DNA from: an uncultured delta proteobacterium
GTDB taxonomy: Bacteria; Desulfobacterota; Binatia; UBA9968
DNA length: 64,000 bases
Direction of reading: 5' to 3'
Assembly: GCA_963847445.1 (NCBI GenBank)
Contig: CAWJZV010000015.1
Coordinates: forward strand, 250,761-314,760
The translations under genes and the position numbers were made by a program. This document shows positions 43,907-53,974 of this stretch, one piece after another. How positions within the stretch are numbered: position 1 is the stretch's first letter; each line of letters starts with the position of its first letter. A model generated the notes under the pieces. The model was given only the letters and a program-made list of their open reading frames with translations. It ran no database searches and was not told the origin of the DNA.

Positions 43907-44272
43907 CTAGCCCAGCGGCAGCCCTGGGATCTCGATCACCGGCCGAACTTCGACGGTTCCCTTGCGCGCCATGGGAATCCGCGCGGCGACACCGAGCGCG
44001 TCGTCGAGATCCTTGGCGTCGATCAAGAAGTAACCGCCCAACTGTTCGCGGGTCTCGGCGAACGGGCCGTCGGTGACTAGCCGTTTGCCATCGCGCACGC
44101 GCACGCTGGTCGCCATCGTTGTCGGGTGCAGGGGATTGGCGCTTAGGTATTTGCCATTAGAATGTAGCTCCTGTGCAAGCTGAGTCGACTCGGCATAACA
44201 CTCCTGCCGCTCGTTTTCGCTCAAAGGTTTTTGTTCGTCCAGATAAATTAGCAACATATATTTCATAGTCAC
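43907..44272 (-). CDS. YciI/DGPF family protein
   Basis: TDGPFAETREQLGGYFLIDA. Confidence 0.95.
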   Translation of the reverse strand: MTMKYMLLIYLDEQKPLSENERQECYAESTQLAQELHSNGKYLSANPLHPTTMATSVRVRDGKRLVTDGPFAETREQLGGYFLIDAKDLDDALGVAARIPMARKGTVEVRPVIEIPGLPLG

Positions 44273-44279
44273 TCCGTGG

Positions 44280-44748
44280 TTATTTTTTCTCAGCCGCTGC
44301 GGCCATGGCGGCAGCGCGCATCTTTAACTCTTTTAGTCGGCACATCTTCTTTGTGCGTTGCCACATGCCAGACATGACCGAAGGGATCTTCCAGGGAGCC
44401 GCTGCGGTCGCCGTAAAACTGGTCCGTCACCGGACGCAGCACTTTCGCGCCGGCGGCGACCGCCTTTTTCACAACCCGGTCGACGTCTTGGACGTAGAGA
44501 TGAATATGCACCGACGTGCCGCCAAATGATTTCGGCCCGCGAAAGTTCATATCCGGATATTCGTCGGCGAGCATGATATGGGAATCGTCAATCTGGATTT
44601 CCGCATGGCCGATGGTTCCTCCCGGCGCCGGCATGCGCATGATCTCCTTGGCTGCGAAAGCTTTCTTGTAGAACGCGATGGCGGTGGCCGCGCCTTTCAC
44701 ACTCAAATACGGTGTGACCGCGTGGTATCCCTGAGGAATCGGTTTCAC
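44280..44748 (-). CDS. PhnB-like VOC protein (frameshift near C-terminus)
   Basis: PQGYHAVTPYL, DQFYGDRSG...DPFGHVW. Confidence 0.9.
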
Positions 44749-44778
44749 GGCTTTTCGGTTCTCATTAAGACGGCGCCT

Positions 44779-45142
44779 TCAGTTAAGGCCGAGCATGACG
44801 CTTGAAGCCGCCCCAAAACATGCGCTTGCCGTCAAACGGCATGGCTTTGGGATCCATCATCTTCGCCAGGCGCGGGTCTTTCATCACTTTGGCGTTGACG
44901 CGGTCGCGCTGTGCGCGCGACTTGTAGACGATGTAAGCGAAGATCACGGTTTCGCCGGGTTTCAGTTTGACGCTCTGCGGAAATGACGTGTGTTTGCCCG
45001 GCTTCACGTCGTCAGCCACGCATTCTACGTACTCAAGGGCGCCATGGTCGCGCCAGACTTTACCGGCGGTCTGGGCCATGCGCCGATAAGCTGCGAGGTT
45101 TTTCTTCGGCACGGGTAGAACGAATCCGTCGACGTAACGCAT
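44779..45142 (-). CDS. DUF1428 (YbaA-like) protein (frameshift near C-terminus)
   Basis: YVDGFVLPVP, MPFDGKRMFWGGF. Confidence 0.92.
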
Positions 45143-45165
45143 GAGGAATCTCCTTTTGTCAACTA

Positions 45166-45639
45166 TTATTGTCGGTCGTACGCTTGCTTCAATATGGTAA
45201 TGTCTATTTTGCCCATTTGCATCATCGCGGCCATGACGCGTTTGGATTTCTCAGGGTCCGGGTCCTGCAACATCTCGACCAATGCGGAGGGGACCACTTG
45301 CCACGACAATCCGAATTTGTCTTTGAGCCATCCACACTGGCTCTTTTGACCGCCGTCGGATAACTTCTCCCACAGGTCGTCAACTTCTATTTGAGATTTG
45401 CAGTCCACCGACAACGAAATCGCTTCGTTGAATTTGAATATCGGGCCGCCGTTCAAAGCGATGAAATCCTGACCCTCGAGTTGGAAGGCGATGGTGAGGA
45501 TGGATCCCTTCGGCCCCGGACCCGCATCGCCACAGCGCAGGATTTTGTTAATCTTCGAGTTCTTGAAAATAGACAGGTAGTGGTTTACCGCCTCTTCAGC
45601 GTTGTTATCGAACCATAAACACGGCGTGATTTTTTGCAT
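45166..45639 (-). CDS. PhnB / 3-dmu-9_3-mt VOC protein
   Basis: KITPCLWF, ALNGGP, CGWLKDKFGLSWQ. Confidence 0.93.
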   Translation of the reverse strand: MQKITPCLWFDNNAEEAVNHYLSIFKNSKINKILRCGDAGPGPKGSILTIAFQLEGQDFIALNGGPIFKFNEAISLSVDCKSQIEVDDLWEKLSDGGQKSQCGWLKDKFGLSWQVVPSALVEMLQDPDPEKSKRVMAAMMQMGKIDITILKQAYDRQ

Positions 45640-45666
45640 AATGTCTCCTTACCTTATTCTTCGGTC

Positions 45667-46033
45667 TTATTCTCCCGGCAACCCGGAAATCTCCCGCAAA
45701 GGCCGTACTTCGACGGGGCCGATGCGCGCTCCTGGCACCTCGTCGGCGATGCTCACCGCGTCATTGAGATCCTTGGCATCGATCAGAAAATAGCCGGCGA
45801 TCTGTTCGCGGGTCTCGATGAACGGCCCGTCGGTGACGATGGATTTGCCTTGCGCGCACCCGAACGATCACCGCCGTCGCCGCCGGCTGCAGCGGCGAGG
45901 CGCTGAGATATTGCCCATTGGCGTGGAGCTGGTGGGTGAGCGCGATGGATTCAGCCAGCATCTGCTGTTGCTTGTCTTTGCTGATCTGGTCAAAGGCGAC
46001 CTCGTCATGGTGAACCAATAACATGAATTTCAT
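45667..46033 (-). CDS. YciI/DGPF family protein, frameshift ~45850
   Basis: MKFMLLVHHDE... then TDGPFIETREQIAGYFLIDA in shifted frame. Confidence 0.88.
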
Positions 46034-46065
46034 AAGCCTAACTCCAGGCGTTCTCCGTCTGCATG

Positions 46066-46481
46066 TCACGTTGCTACCGTCACCATCCAGCCGACGCCGA
46101 AACGGTCGGCGACCATGCCGAAGCAGGGCGACCAGAACGTCTTTGCCAGCGGCATGCTGCACTTGACCGCCTTCGGCCAACGCTGCGAACTTGCGCTTGG
46201 CATCGGCTTCATCGGCGGCTGTTAGCGACAGGGAGAAACCCTTGGAAACTGGTTTGCCCGCTGCAGTGACCGTCGGAGGCCATGACGTTGGCGTCGCCAA
46301 CGCGCATGCACAGATGCATGATTTTATTGTCCGAGCCGGGCGGGACCATGCCAGGCGCGGGCGGTTCCGGACTGTCTTTGAAGCGCATCAGCATCAAGAC
46401 TTCGGCGCCGAGAGCTTTCTTGTAAAATTCGACCGCCTCTTCGCAGCGGCCATTGAAAAATAGATAGGGTTCGATCGCCAT
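46066..46481 (-). CDS. PhnB-like VOC protein, two frameshifts
   Basis: PYLFFNGRCEEAVEFY, KIMH, MPLAKTFWSPCFGMVADRFGVGW. Confidence 0.88.
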
Positions 46482-46600
46482 GCTCGTATCTCCTTTTTTT
46501 GTTTCCTGCGGTTTGCCCGTTCTACTTATTCCGTTAGGCAGCCCACGTTTACCGGTTTACTTATTTTTGCAGGGAGTCGGGCGCCATCGCTCGGCCATTT

Positions 46601-46975
46601 CTATTCGGCCGGGTTGACCTTCGCTGTCGACTCCTCATCGAGCGCACGGATTTCGAAGGTCGCCACGCGGATACCGGGATGCTTCGCCATCAAGTCCGTG
46701 GCTTGTTTCAGGTCGTGGGCATCGAGCAAGAGGATGCCGCCGATTTGCTCTTTAGTTTCCGCGAATGGTCCATCGGTGATAGACACTTTTTCGTTTTGGT
46801 AGCGCAAGGTTTTAGCGTTTCGCGCACCGTCTAGCGCCTCCAGGCGCATGAAATGACCGCTCTTTCGAAGGACATCGTCGTATGCGGAACATGCCTTGAC
46901 GAAGCTCTCGCGCTCGCTTTCAGACAGTATCTCGAATTTCGTTTCATCCAGGTACGAAAGGCAGAGAAATTTCAT
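46601..46975 (-). CDS. YciI/DGPF family protein
   Basis: TDGPFAETKEQIGG, KHPG. Confidence 0.93.
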   Translation of the reverse strand: MKFLCLSYLDETKFEILSESERESFVKACSAYDDVLRKSGHFMRLEALDGARNAKTLRYQNEKVSITDGPFAETKEQIGGILLLDAHDLKQATDLMAKHPGIRVATFEIRALDEESTAKVNPAE

Positions 46976-47029
46976 GGTTCCGTTCTCCTACCGGTCATTA
47001 CGGCGGTCAACCCGTTTGTCTATCAACCA

Positions 47030-47058
47030 TAGTCGAACACGAATCAGCCAATTCGACA
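47030..47058 (-). promoter_or_regulatory. ECF42-type promoter
   Basis: TGTCGA-N17-CGACTA on minus strand upstream of 46975. Confidence 0.8.
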
Positions 47059-47089
47059 CATCCGTTAGAATTCTTCGTTGCTGCGCCGC

Positions 47090-47968
47090 TTACCGCGAAA
47101 TCGGAATCCAGAATTCCATGCCGCCCATGCCGGTCTGGGGATTAAACTCTTCATTGTAGCGTTCGAACCACGGCGACTCGTCGACCTTTAGCCCGGATTG
47201 GCGAATCCAGCCATTCCATATCTTGTCGATCGTAGTGCCAATGGCCGATACATGATCCGAGTGCGTTAAGACCGCATATTCTTGGCCCGGGAGACGTACG
47301 GTTGCCAACTCGGGCGGCAGCTTCGCGGCATCTGTCACTTCGACGCCGGAGAGATAGTCGAATCCATGGCCCGGCCGATTGTTCCAGCAGACGCCATAAG
47401 CAACCTTGCCCACCTGTCCAGGAACTTTGCCGATTTGAGGGATGAAATTTTCCCACTGCATGGGAATTTTGCTCCGGTTCTCGAACGTATAGCTCTGGTT
47501 CAATCCCGCAATCAGCATTTCCCGCCCATGTTCGAATCGAAGCGCGCCCAGGCCCAGCGCTTGGGCGCGAATGCCGGCTTCCTGCCTTCTGAGTTCGGGA
47601 GTAAACTCTGCGCCAAAGTCCTCGGCTTCGAACACCTGGCGAATCTCGATTTCACAATCTTCGTTATGGGGATTGGGGCAGCGCTTGACCCACTGGATTG
47701 CCTCTTCCTTTGACTTTACTTGCCACATCCAGAATCCAGCGATTAGTTCTTTGGTCTCGACGAAGGGTCCATCGATCACCGTCCGCGTGCTTCGAGAAAA
47801 CTGAACGCGCGCGCCTTTTGAGCTTGGATGGAGTCCCTCACCGGCGAGCATGACACCGGCTTTCACCAGTTCTTCGTTGAAGTTGCCCATTTCGGCCAGT
47901 AGCTGCTCGCTGGGCATCACGCCCGCTTCCGAATCCTTGGTGGCTTTAATTAAGATCATGAATCGCAT
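47090..47968 (-). CDS. YciI/DGPF domain fused to GyrI-like ligand-binding domain
   Basis: IDGPFVETKELIAGFW...RCPNP, then FDYLSGVEV, YAVLTH, FERY, MEFWIPI. Confidence 0.88.
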   Translation of the reverse strand: MRFMILIKATKDSEAGVMPSEQLLAEMGNFNEELVKAGVMLAGEGLHPSSKGARVQFSRSTRTVIDGPFVETKELIAGFWMWQVKSKEEAIQWVKRCPNPHNEDCEIEIRQVFEAEDFGAEFTPELRRQEAGIRAQALGLGALRFEHGREMLIAGLNQSYTFENRSKIPMQWENFIPQIGKVPGQVGKVAYGVCWNNRPGHGFDYLSGVEVTDAAKLPPELATVRLPGQEYAVLTHSDHVSAIGTTIDKIWNGWIRQSGLKVDESPWFERYNEEFNPQTGMGGMEFWIPISR

Positions 47969-48041
47969 TTATGTCTCCTTTTTGGCTTAATTCCCCGATG
48001 CGCCGCACGATTCCAGCCAGGCTACCGGTTCTTACATCAAG

Positions 48042-48070
48042 TAGTCGTTTAGCGGGTTGCCAAATCGACA
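48042..48070 (-). promoter_or_regulatory. ECF42-type promoter
   Basis: TGTCGA-N17-CGACTA upstream of 47968. Confidence 0.8.
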
Positions 48071-48176
48071 AAGGCTCAATTAATTTTCTCGTTCAGCCGG
48101 GGACTGCCAGTAACTCAGCGCCGGCATCCATGCCATCGCTCTCGCCCGGATTGCGGTTATCACCAGCGATGAATTT

Positions 48177-49820
48177 TTACAGATCTTCGATACTCAGCTT
48201 CACCGTAGCGTCGCTCCAGGCAGCGACAAACTGCTGTTCGACCAGCGTGGCTTCGCTATGGCGGTTTTGCGCCAGCAAGCTTTGCCACAGGCCAAAAAGT
48301 AGCCGGCCGTCACGCGGTTGTTTCCCCATGGCTGCCCGAAGAACAGTTTCCGCCTCCCTAGGCCGCCCGCTGCGCAGCAGCGCGGCGGCTAACGATTGCC
48401 GCACCGGGTAGAACCATGCCGGCGGCTCGTCGTATTGGATTTTGGCCTCAAGTTTGACGGCCCGGCGCCATGCTTCGATGGACTGGTCTTTTTCGCCGCG
48501 CTCCCAGGCAAGCTGGGCATCGAGAGTGGCAGCGGCGAGGGCAAGAATATCCGACGATTTATTGTTAATCAAAAATTGCGATTCCGCCGGCACCGCCTTG
48601 CGCATGGTTTCAAACTGCTTTCGCTCCGCCGCCGCGTCGGCGAGTTTGCCCTGTCCTGCCAGCGCCATCGCGCGCGCGTAATGGCGGAAACTCCGGTGCA
48701 GCTTGCGCTCGGGACCCGGATCCGCCGCGTTGAGAATTTCGTCCCAGCGATGGAAGCGCAGATCGACCATCAACGGGTAGAGGTGAAAGCCTTCAAGCAT
48801 CTGCATCTGGGAATCTGCGTCGCCGACATTTTTTGCCATTTGCAGCGCTGCTTGCTTCGCGTCGTCGTAGCGTCCCTGCTGCGCGCGCGCGTAAGAGATA
48901 AAGTGAATGTTGTGGGTCCAGTACATCAACGGATACATGCCGGAAGCTCCCGTCCGCTGAACAAACGCCGCGTCCGCCGCCGCCGCATCGACATTGGTTT
49001 TCGCCGCCAGTTCGTAGTCGCCGGTCTGGAGAAAAATATGGCCCGGCATATGGACCAGATGTCCGGCACCGGGAACCAGCGTCATCAGGCGCTGGGCGCT
49101 GGGGATCGCGCGTTCGAGGTTGGGCGAAGCTTCCACCGCATGAATGTAGAAATGGTTTGCACCCGGGTGATGGGGATTGCGCTTCAAGACGGATTCAAGC
49201 ACCGCGACCAGCTCGAGGGTGCCGGACGCTGGCTTGCCGTCGGCTGTCCAGAGCTGCCACGGCCGAAGCATCATCAGGCTCTCCGCAAACAGAGTGGCGG
49301 CATCGAGGTCGTCGGGGTATTTTTTCATCAGCGCGCGCATGGCGTTGCTGTATTCGAGGTGGAACTTCTTCCAGTCCGACTTCGGGTTCGCCGAAGGATA
49401 GCGCTTCTGTAAAGCGCGGATGTAGTCTTGCTCGCGGGCGCTCGCCCTGGGCGCGCGCTCGAGCGCTTGCCGGACCGCGCCGTAGGTCGCTTTGGCGCGG
49501 TTAGCATCCACCGCGTTATCGTTGTAGTTCGGCCCGGTGGCAAGCGCGATTCCCCAATACGGCAGCGCGGCTTGGGGGTCGAGCTCAGCGGCGCGGTGAA
49601 AGTAACGCGCGGCTTCGTCATGATTGAAGCCGTAGAGAAGCGTCAGTCCCTGGTCGAAGAAGGTTTGCGCTTCAGCGCTTTTGGTTGTGATCGGATGATG
49701 GTAGTTGCCCAATCCAGGGTGAAGCTCAAGGACTTTCGCCTGTTTATTTTCATGCGGGTGCTGACCCATTGCTGCAGAAATGAGAAATGTAAGAATGAAA
49801 AAGACCACCATTGCTCGCAT
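48177..49820 (-). CDS. Exported TPR-repeat protein with conserved His motifs
   Basis: Signal peptide; YGFNHDEA, HPGANHFYIH, AGHLVHMPGHIF, HNIHF, YDEPPAW. Confidence 0.8.
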   Translation of the reverse strand: MRAMVVFFILTFLISAAMGQHPHENKQAKVLELHPGLGNYHHPITTKSAEAQTFFDQGLTLLYGFNHDEAARYFHRAAELDPQAALPYWGIALATGPNYNDNAVDANRAKATYGAVRQALERAPRASAREQDYIRALQKRYPSANPKSDWKKFHLEYSNAMRALMKKYPDDLDAATLFAESLMMLRPWQLWTADGKPASGTLELVAVLESVLKRNPHHPGANHFYIHAVEASPNLERAIPSAQRLMTLVPGAGHLVHMPGHIFLQTGDYELAAKTNVDAAAADAAFVQRTGASGMYPLMYWTHNIHFISYARAQQGRYDDAKQAALQMAKNVGDADSQMQMLEGFHLYPLMVDLRFHRWDEILNAADPGPERKLHRSFRHYARAMALAGQGKLADAAAERKQFETMRKAVPAESQFLINNKSSDILALAAATLDAQLAWERGEKDQSIEAWRRAVKLEAKIQYDEPPAWFYPVRQSLAAALLRSGRPREAETVLRAAMGKQPRDGRLLFGLWQSLLAQNRHSEATLVEQQFVAAWSDATVKLSIEDL

Positions 49821-49870
49821 TACTTGCCTCCTTTGGATTTATTCAAGCGTCTCCCTACACGCCAGATTGT

Positions 49871-49896
49871 GATTTCTCGCTTCGTTCGAAATGACA
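49871..49896. repeat. REP-like half element
   Basis: GATTTCTCGCTTCGTTCGAAATGACA; related CCCTTCGTTGCGCTCAGGATG at ~56343. Confidence 0.35.
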
Positions 49897-50030
49897 CCCG
49901 CAAAGGATCGCGCCATTCGACGATGAACCAGCAAGATGTATTTCATTCGTGTAGCTCAGTTGCTCTTGCCGATAGGCCCGCGGCTTGCGCTAAGCGCCCG
50001 GCGACGGCATTCCTTGTTGGGCTAGCTACG

Positions 50031-50942
50031 TTATCTATAGCCAGCTACGTCGGCGGGTTTGCCGGCGTCTTGAACTTCGGTGAGATATCTCCAGCCATCC
50101 GGTTGGCTGCCGTCGAGATCGGTGAAGCTATAGATTTTCGCTAGCTGCCCGCTGGACAATGACTTGCCGTTCCAGCGCGACACGTCGGGATCTTGCGCGA
50201 GCGCCGCGACGGCGCGGCCGACGAACGCCGGACTCTCGGAAATGGCGAAGTGGGGACTGATCTTTGTCGCGTCACGCCAGGTTGATTCGGTGACGCCGTA
50301 GGCCTCGAGCATGAACTCTGACCGCAGCCAACCGGGAGTGAGCGACACGGCCGTCGCGCTATAAGGCTTCAGCTCGTGTGCCAGCGCGAACGCCATTCGA
50401 TTCACCGACGCCTTGGCCAGGTCGTAGAAAAAGGAGACCCGGTAGTGGGCCGCATTGTACTCATCGGTCCCGTCAGTCACCTCGATAACCAGACCACCTG
50501 GGGTCTTAATAAGCAGCGGTATCGCGAAGTGGCTGGTGATGGCATGGGTGTCCACAGCCAAGCGCAGGGTGCGCAGTCCATAGTCCAAAGAGGATTCCCA
50601 GACCGATTTGTTCCATTCCATTCTGGTGGCGCCCCAAATGTCGTTTACCAGGATGTGCAGGCCGCCCTGTTCGATTTCAATGCGAGTGACTAGCGCGCGC
50701 ACCTCTTCGGGCACGAGATGGTCGACCTGGACCGCGATGCCGCGGCCGCCGGCATCGTCTACGAGAGCCGCGGTCTCTTCAATCGTCTCCGGCCGGTTCA
50801 TCTCCGATCGCTCGGACCGGGTAGTTCTTCCGGTGACGTAGACAGTCGCTCCGGCCGCACCTAGCTGTACGGCTATCCCGCGTCCCGCTCCGCGAGTCGC
50901 TCCGGCGACCAAGGCAACTTTTCCTTTAAGTCCCTGACTCAT
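50031..50942 (-). CDS. Short-chain dehydrogenase/reductase
   Basis: GATRGAGRG, YDLAK catalytic motif, TPGWLRSE. Confidence 0.93.
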   Translation of the reverse strand: MSQGLKGKVALVAGATRGAGRGIAVQLGAAGATVYVTGRTTRSERSEMNRPETIEETAALVDDAGGRGIAVQVDHLVPEEVRALVTRIEIEQGGLHILVNDIWGATRMEWNKSVWESSLDYGLRTLRLAVDTHAITSHFAIPLLIKTPGGLVIEVTDGTDEYNAAHYRVSFFYDLAKASVNRMAFALAHELKPYSATAVSLTPGWLRSEFMLEAYGVTESTWRDATKISPHFAISESPAFVGRAVAALAQDPDVSRWNGKSLSSGQLAKIYSFTDLDGSQPDGWRYLTEVQDAGKPADVAGYR

Positions 50943-51001
50943 CGTTCACCTCTATCTCGTTCGTTTTCGCCTAGGATGCCACAGAGGGTCGCCAATGGGT
51001 T

Positions 51002-51394
51002 TTATTGTCGTTTTTGGTTTTTTGCTTCTGCTCTTGCCAGATTTTCCTTTACTCTAAACTTCACAATTTTACCGATCAAGGTGTAAGGAATGGGTTTATC
51101 GAGTGGAAACCTCAAGTTGCCCTTGGGTCCTTCATAAATTGATTTCTCTTTCTTGAATTTATCATCTCCCCCTGTTACCGGAGGATAAAACCCGATATGG
51201 TTTTTGAAAGCGGCAAAATAAACCAGATGGCCTTTCAGAGCGAAGGCCGGCATCTGATAGCCAATTGTTTCCTGTGCCTCCGGTGCCGCTTTTTTAATCG
51301 TCATCCGGATCTTTTCTAGAATCTTCTGAACTTCATTTGGGAACTTCGCAATATACCCATCTATGTCTTTGGCTGCCTGTGGCTTGGTTCTCAT
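51002..51394 (-). CDS. DUF1801 (YdhG-like) protein
   Basis: IDGYIA, ETIGYQMPAF, FAAFKNHIGFYP, KGNLRFP. Confidence 0.92.
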   Translation of the reverse strand: MRTKPQAAKDIDGYIAKFPNEVQKILEKIRMTIKKAAPEAQETIGYQMPAFALKGHLVYFAAFKNHIGFYPPVTGGDDKFKKEKSIYEGPKGNLRFPLDKPIPYTLIGKIVKFRVKENLARAEAKNQKRQ

Positions 51395-51469
51395 CCTAAT
51401 TCCTTCGCAAGATCCTCAGCCATAGTCATCGCTTCTTTTGGTTCGCGTTAATTCACGATCTACACTACT

Positions 51470-51498
51470 TAGTCGTCCGGACATGTCGTCAATCGACA
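51470..51498 (-). promoter_or_regulatory. ECF42-type promoter
   Basis: TGTCGA-N17-CGACTA upstream of 51394. Confidence 0.8.
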
Positions 51499-51507
51499 AC
51501 CGCCAGA

Positions 51508-52776
51508 TTATTTTTTCAGCTCCTCAAGCCGGCGCGCCAAAAACCGCCTTTCGGGCCCTTGTTGGGTCAGGCCCAGCGCCCGTTCGTAGGCATCTCGGGC
51601 GTCGTCGGTTCGCCCCAACCGACGGCAAAGATCCGCCCGCGCCGCATGGGCGAGATGGTAATTCTCGAGATCGCCGCGCGCCAGAATTGCTTCGATTAAA
51701 TTGAGGCCAGGCTCGGGACCGTCACGCATGGCGACGGCCACCGCGCGGTTCAGTTCGATTACGGGCGATGGCTCGGCCCGCGTCAGGAGATCGTACAATG
51801 CCACGATCTGAGCCCAGTCGGTCGCGCTGGCATTGGCTGCGTTTGCATGCACGGCTGCGATCGCTGCTTGAATGGTGTAAGGGCCGACCTCGCCGGCCGC
51901 GACCGCGCGTTGCACGAGGGCGGAACCTTCTCTGATGTAATCGCGGTTCCACAGCGACCGGTCCTGGTCTTCCAACAGCACCAGGTCGCCGGTGGGGGAC
52001 ATGCGTGCCGCGCGCCGCGAATCTTGCAGCAGCATGAGCCCTAGGAGCCCCGCGACGTCCGGCTCCGGGAGCAAATCGAAGAGTAACCGGCCGAGGCAAA
52101 TCGCCTCGCTGGAAAGATCGTGGCGCGTGATTGCCGCGCCTGAGGATGCCGAATATCCCTCGTTGAATACCAGATAGACGACGCGCAGCACCGCGTCCAA
52201 GCGCTCGGGTAGATCGGCGCGCGACGGTACCTGGTAGGGGATTCGCGCGTTGCGGATTTTTCCCTTGGAGCGCACGATGCGCTGGGCCAATGTCGAAACC
52301 CCGGTCAGAAATGCGCTGGCGATTTCTTCGGTGGTGAGCCCGCACACCTCGCGCAAAGTGAGCGCCACTTGAGCATCCAGCGCCAGAGCCGGATGGCAGC
52401 AGGTGAAAATCAAGCGCAGCCGGTCGTCTTCGACGTTGTCGTTGTCAGGCGCAATAGAGTCAACGTTCTCGGTCGTGAACCGTTCGGCGAAATCGTTCGG
52501 CAGTGGGTCGAGCCGAGAGCGCCTGCGGATCGCGTCTATGGCCTTGAATCGTCCCGTCGACACTAACCAAGCCCGCGGCTTGGCCGGTACGCCGTCGCTC
52601 GGCCACTGCTCCAATGCTGCTTTAAAGGCTTCGTGTAGCGCTTCCTCGGCGAGATCGAAGTCGCCGAGCAAGCGAATCAGAGTCGCGAGGACCGCACGCG
52701 ATTCGGTACGGTAGACGGTGTCCACCGTTTTGCGTGTCTGCTCGATTGAGCTGACTTGTGTATCGCCATCTTTCAC
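51508..52776 (-). CDS. ECF sigma factor, group ECF42 (C-terminal TPR extension)
   Basis: DDRLRLIFTCCHPAL, AQRIVRSK, YLVFNEGY, QDRSLW, GPYTIQAAIAA; next to DGPF genes. Confidence 0.93.
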   Translation of the reverse strand: MKDGDTQVSSIEQTRKTVDTVYRTESRAVLATLIRLLGDFDLAEEALHEAFKAALEQWPSDGVPAKPRAWLVSTGRFKAIDAIRRRSRLDPLPNDFAERFTTENVDSIAPDNDNVEDDRLRLIFTCCHPALALDAQVALTLREVCGLTTEEIASAFLTGVSTLAQRIVRSKGKIRNARIPYQVPSRADLPERLDAVLRVVYLVFNEGYSASSGAAITRHDLSSEAICLGRLLFDLLPEPDVAGLLGLMLLQDSRRAARMSPTGDLVLLEDQDRSLWNRDYIREGSALVQRAVAAGEVGPYTIQAAIAAVHANAANASATDWAQIVALYDLLTRAEPSPVIELNRAVAVAMRDGPEPGLNLIEAILARGDLENYHLAHAARADLCRRLGRTDDARDAYERALGLTQQGPERRFLARRLEELKK

Positions 52777-52968
52777 GTTTCGCCTGCCTCACCCAGATAC
52801 GACTACGGCTTGCGTTAGATCGATTGTACGATGAATCGATGCGTGTGTTTAGGGCGAGACCTAAAAAAATCGCGCGATCATTTAGCAATATTAACCTTGC
52901 ACGGTTTCGGCTTAGATATAGCGGCTTCAGCCTGCTATGATGCGGACCACGAAAGGGCAAAAGTCACG

Positions 52969-53970
52969 ATGCATAAAATCACGTTGATTCCGGGTGATGG
53001 GATCGGTCCCGAAGTAGTTAAGCCGGCACTCGATATAATCAAGACCGCCGGAGTGAAAATCGCCTGGGACTCCCATCTCGCCGGCACCGAGGCGCTGAAA
53101 AAACATGGGACGACGATCCCGCGGGCGCTGATGGATTCGTTCGACAAGACCAAGGTCGCTCTCAAGGGACCGGTAACTACGCCGGTAGGTGAAGGTTTTA
53201 GCAGCGTGAACGTGGAGCTGCGCCAGACCTTCACTCTGTATGCCAATCTGCGGCCGATCAAAAATTTACCGGGAGTCAAAGCGCGTTATCAAAACGTCGA
53301 CTTGGTGGTCGTGCGGGAGAACACTGAGGGGCTTTATTCCGGCATCGAGCATGAAGTTGTCCCCGGCGTCATGGAGAGCTTAAAGATCATCACAGAAAAA
53401 GCTTCGACGCGGATCGCCAAATTTGCCTTTGAGTACGCCAGGAAAAATGGCCGGAAAAAAGTCACGGCCGTGCATAAGGCCAATATCATGAAACTCACCG
53501 ACGGATTGTTTCTAGATTGCGCCCGCAAGATGGCGCAAAAATACAAGCGCATCGCCTTTAGCGACATCATCGTCGACAACGCCTGCATGCAGTTGGTGCT
53601 CGATCCGCTGCAGTTCGATATCTTGCTGTTGGAAAACCTTTACGGCGACATCGTGTCGGATTTGGCTGCAGGTTTGGTCGGCGGTTTGGGGCTGGTCGCC
53701 GGCGCCAATCTCGGCGATCACCACGCGCTTTTCGAGCCGGTGCACGGCAGCGCACCGGATATCAAGGGGAAGGGGATCGCTAATCCGTCGGCGATGATCA
53801 GCGCGGCGATCATGATGTTGCATCACATCGGCGAGCGCGCCGCGGCCAACCGAATTGACGCGGCGTTAGAAAAAGTCCTGTGGCGCGGCGATTGTGTGAC
53901 GCGCGATCTCGGCGGCACGGCGACGACAAAAAGATTTGCCGAAGCGATCATCAAAGAAATCGAGAGGTAG
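52969..53970 (+). CDS. Isocitrate/isopropylmalate dehydrogenase family (NAD-IDH3-like)
   Basis: [51 protein letters not shown]. Confidence 0.92.
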   Translation: MHKITLIPGDGIGPEVVKPALDIIKTAGVKIAWDSHLAGTEALKKHGTTIPRALMDSFDKTKVALKGPVTTPVGEGFSSVNVELRQTFTLYANLRPIKNLPGVKARYQNVDLVVVRENTEGLYSGIEHEVVPGVMESLKIITEKASTRIAKFAFEYARKNGRKKVTAVHKANIMKLTDGLFLDCARKMAQKYKRIAFSDIIVDNACMQLVLDPLQFDILLLENLYGDIVSDLAAGLVGGLGLVAGANLGDHHALFEPVHGSAPDIKGKGIANPSAMISAAIMMLHHIGERAAANRIDAALEKVLWRGDCVTRDLGGTATTKRFAEAIIKEIER

Positions 53971-53974
53971 GGGT

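Noticed and set aside
51391-51429. 12-codon minigene (MTMAEDLAKELG) overlapping the DUF1801 start
   Set aside because: Too short to support; may be chance or a deletion scar.
52788-52830. Autoregulatory ECF42 promoter upstream of the sigma gene
   Set aside because: Best match (AATCGA-N18-CGTA) departs from the three clear sites in sequence and spacing.
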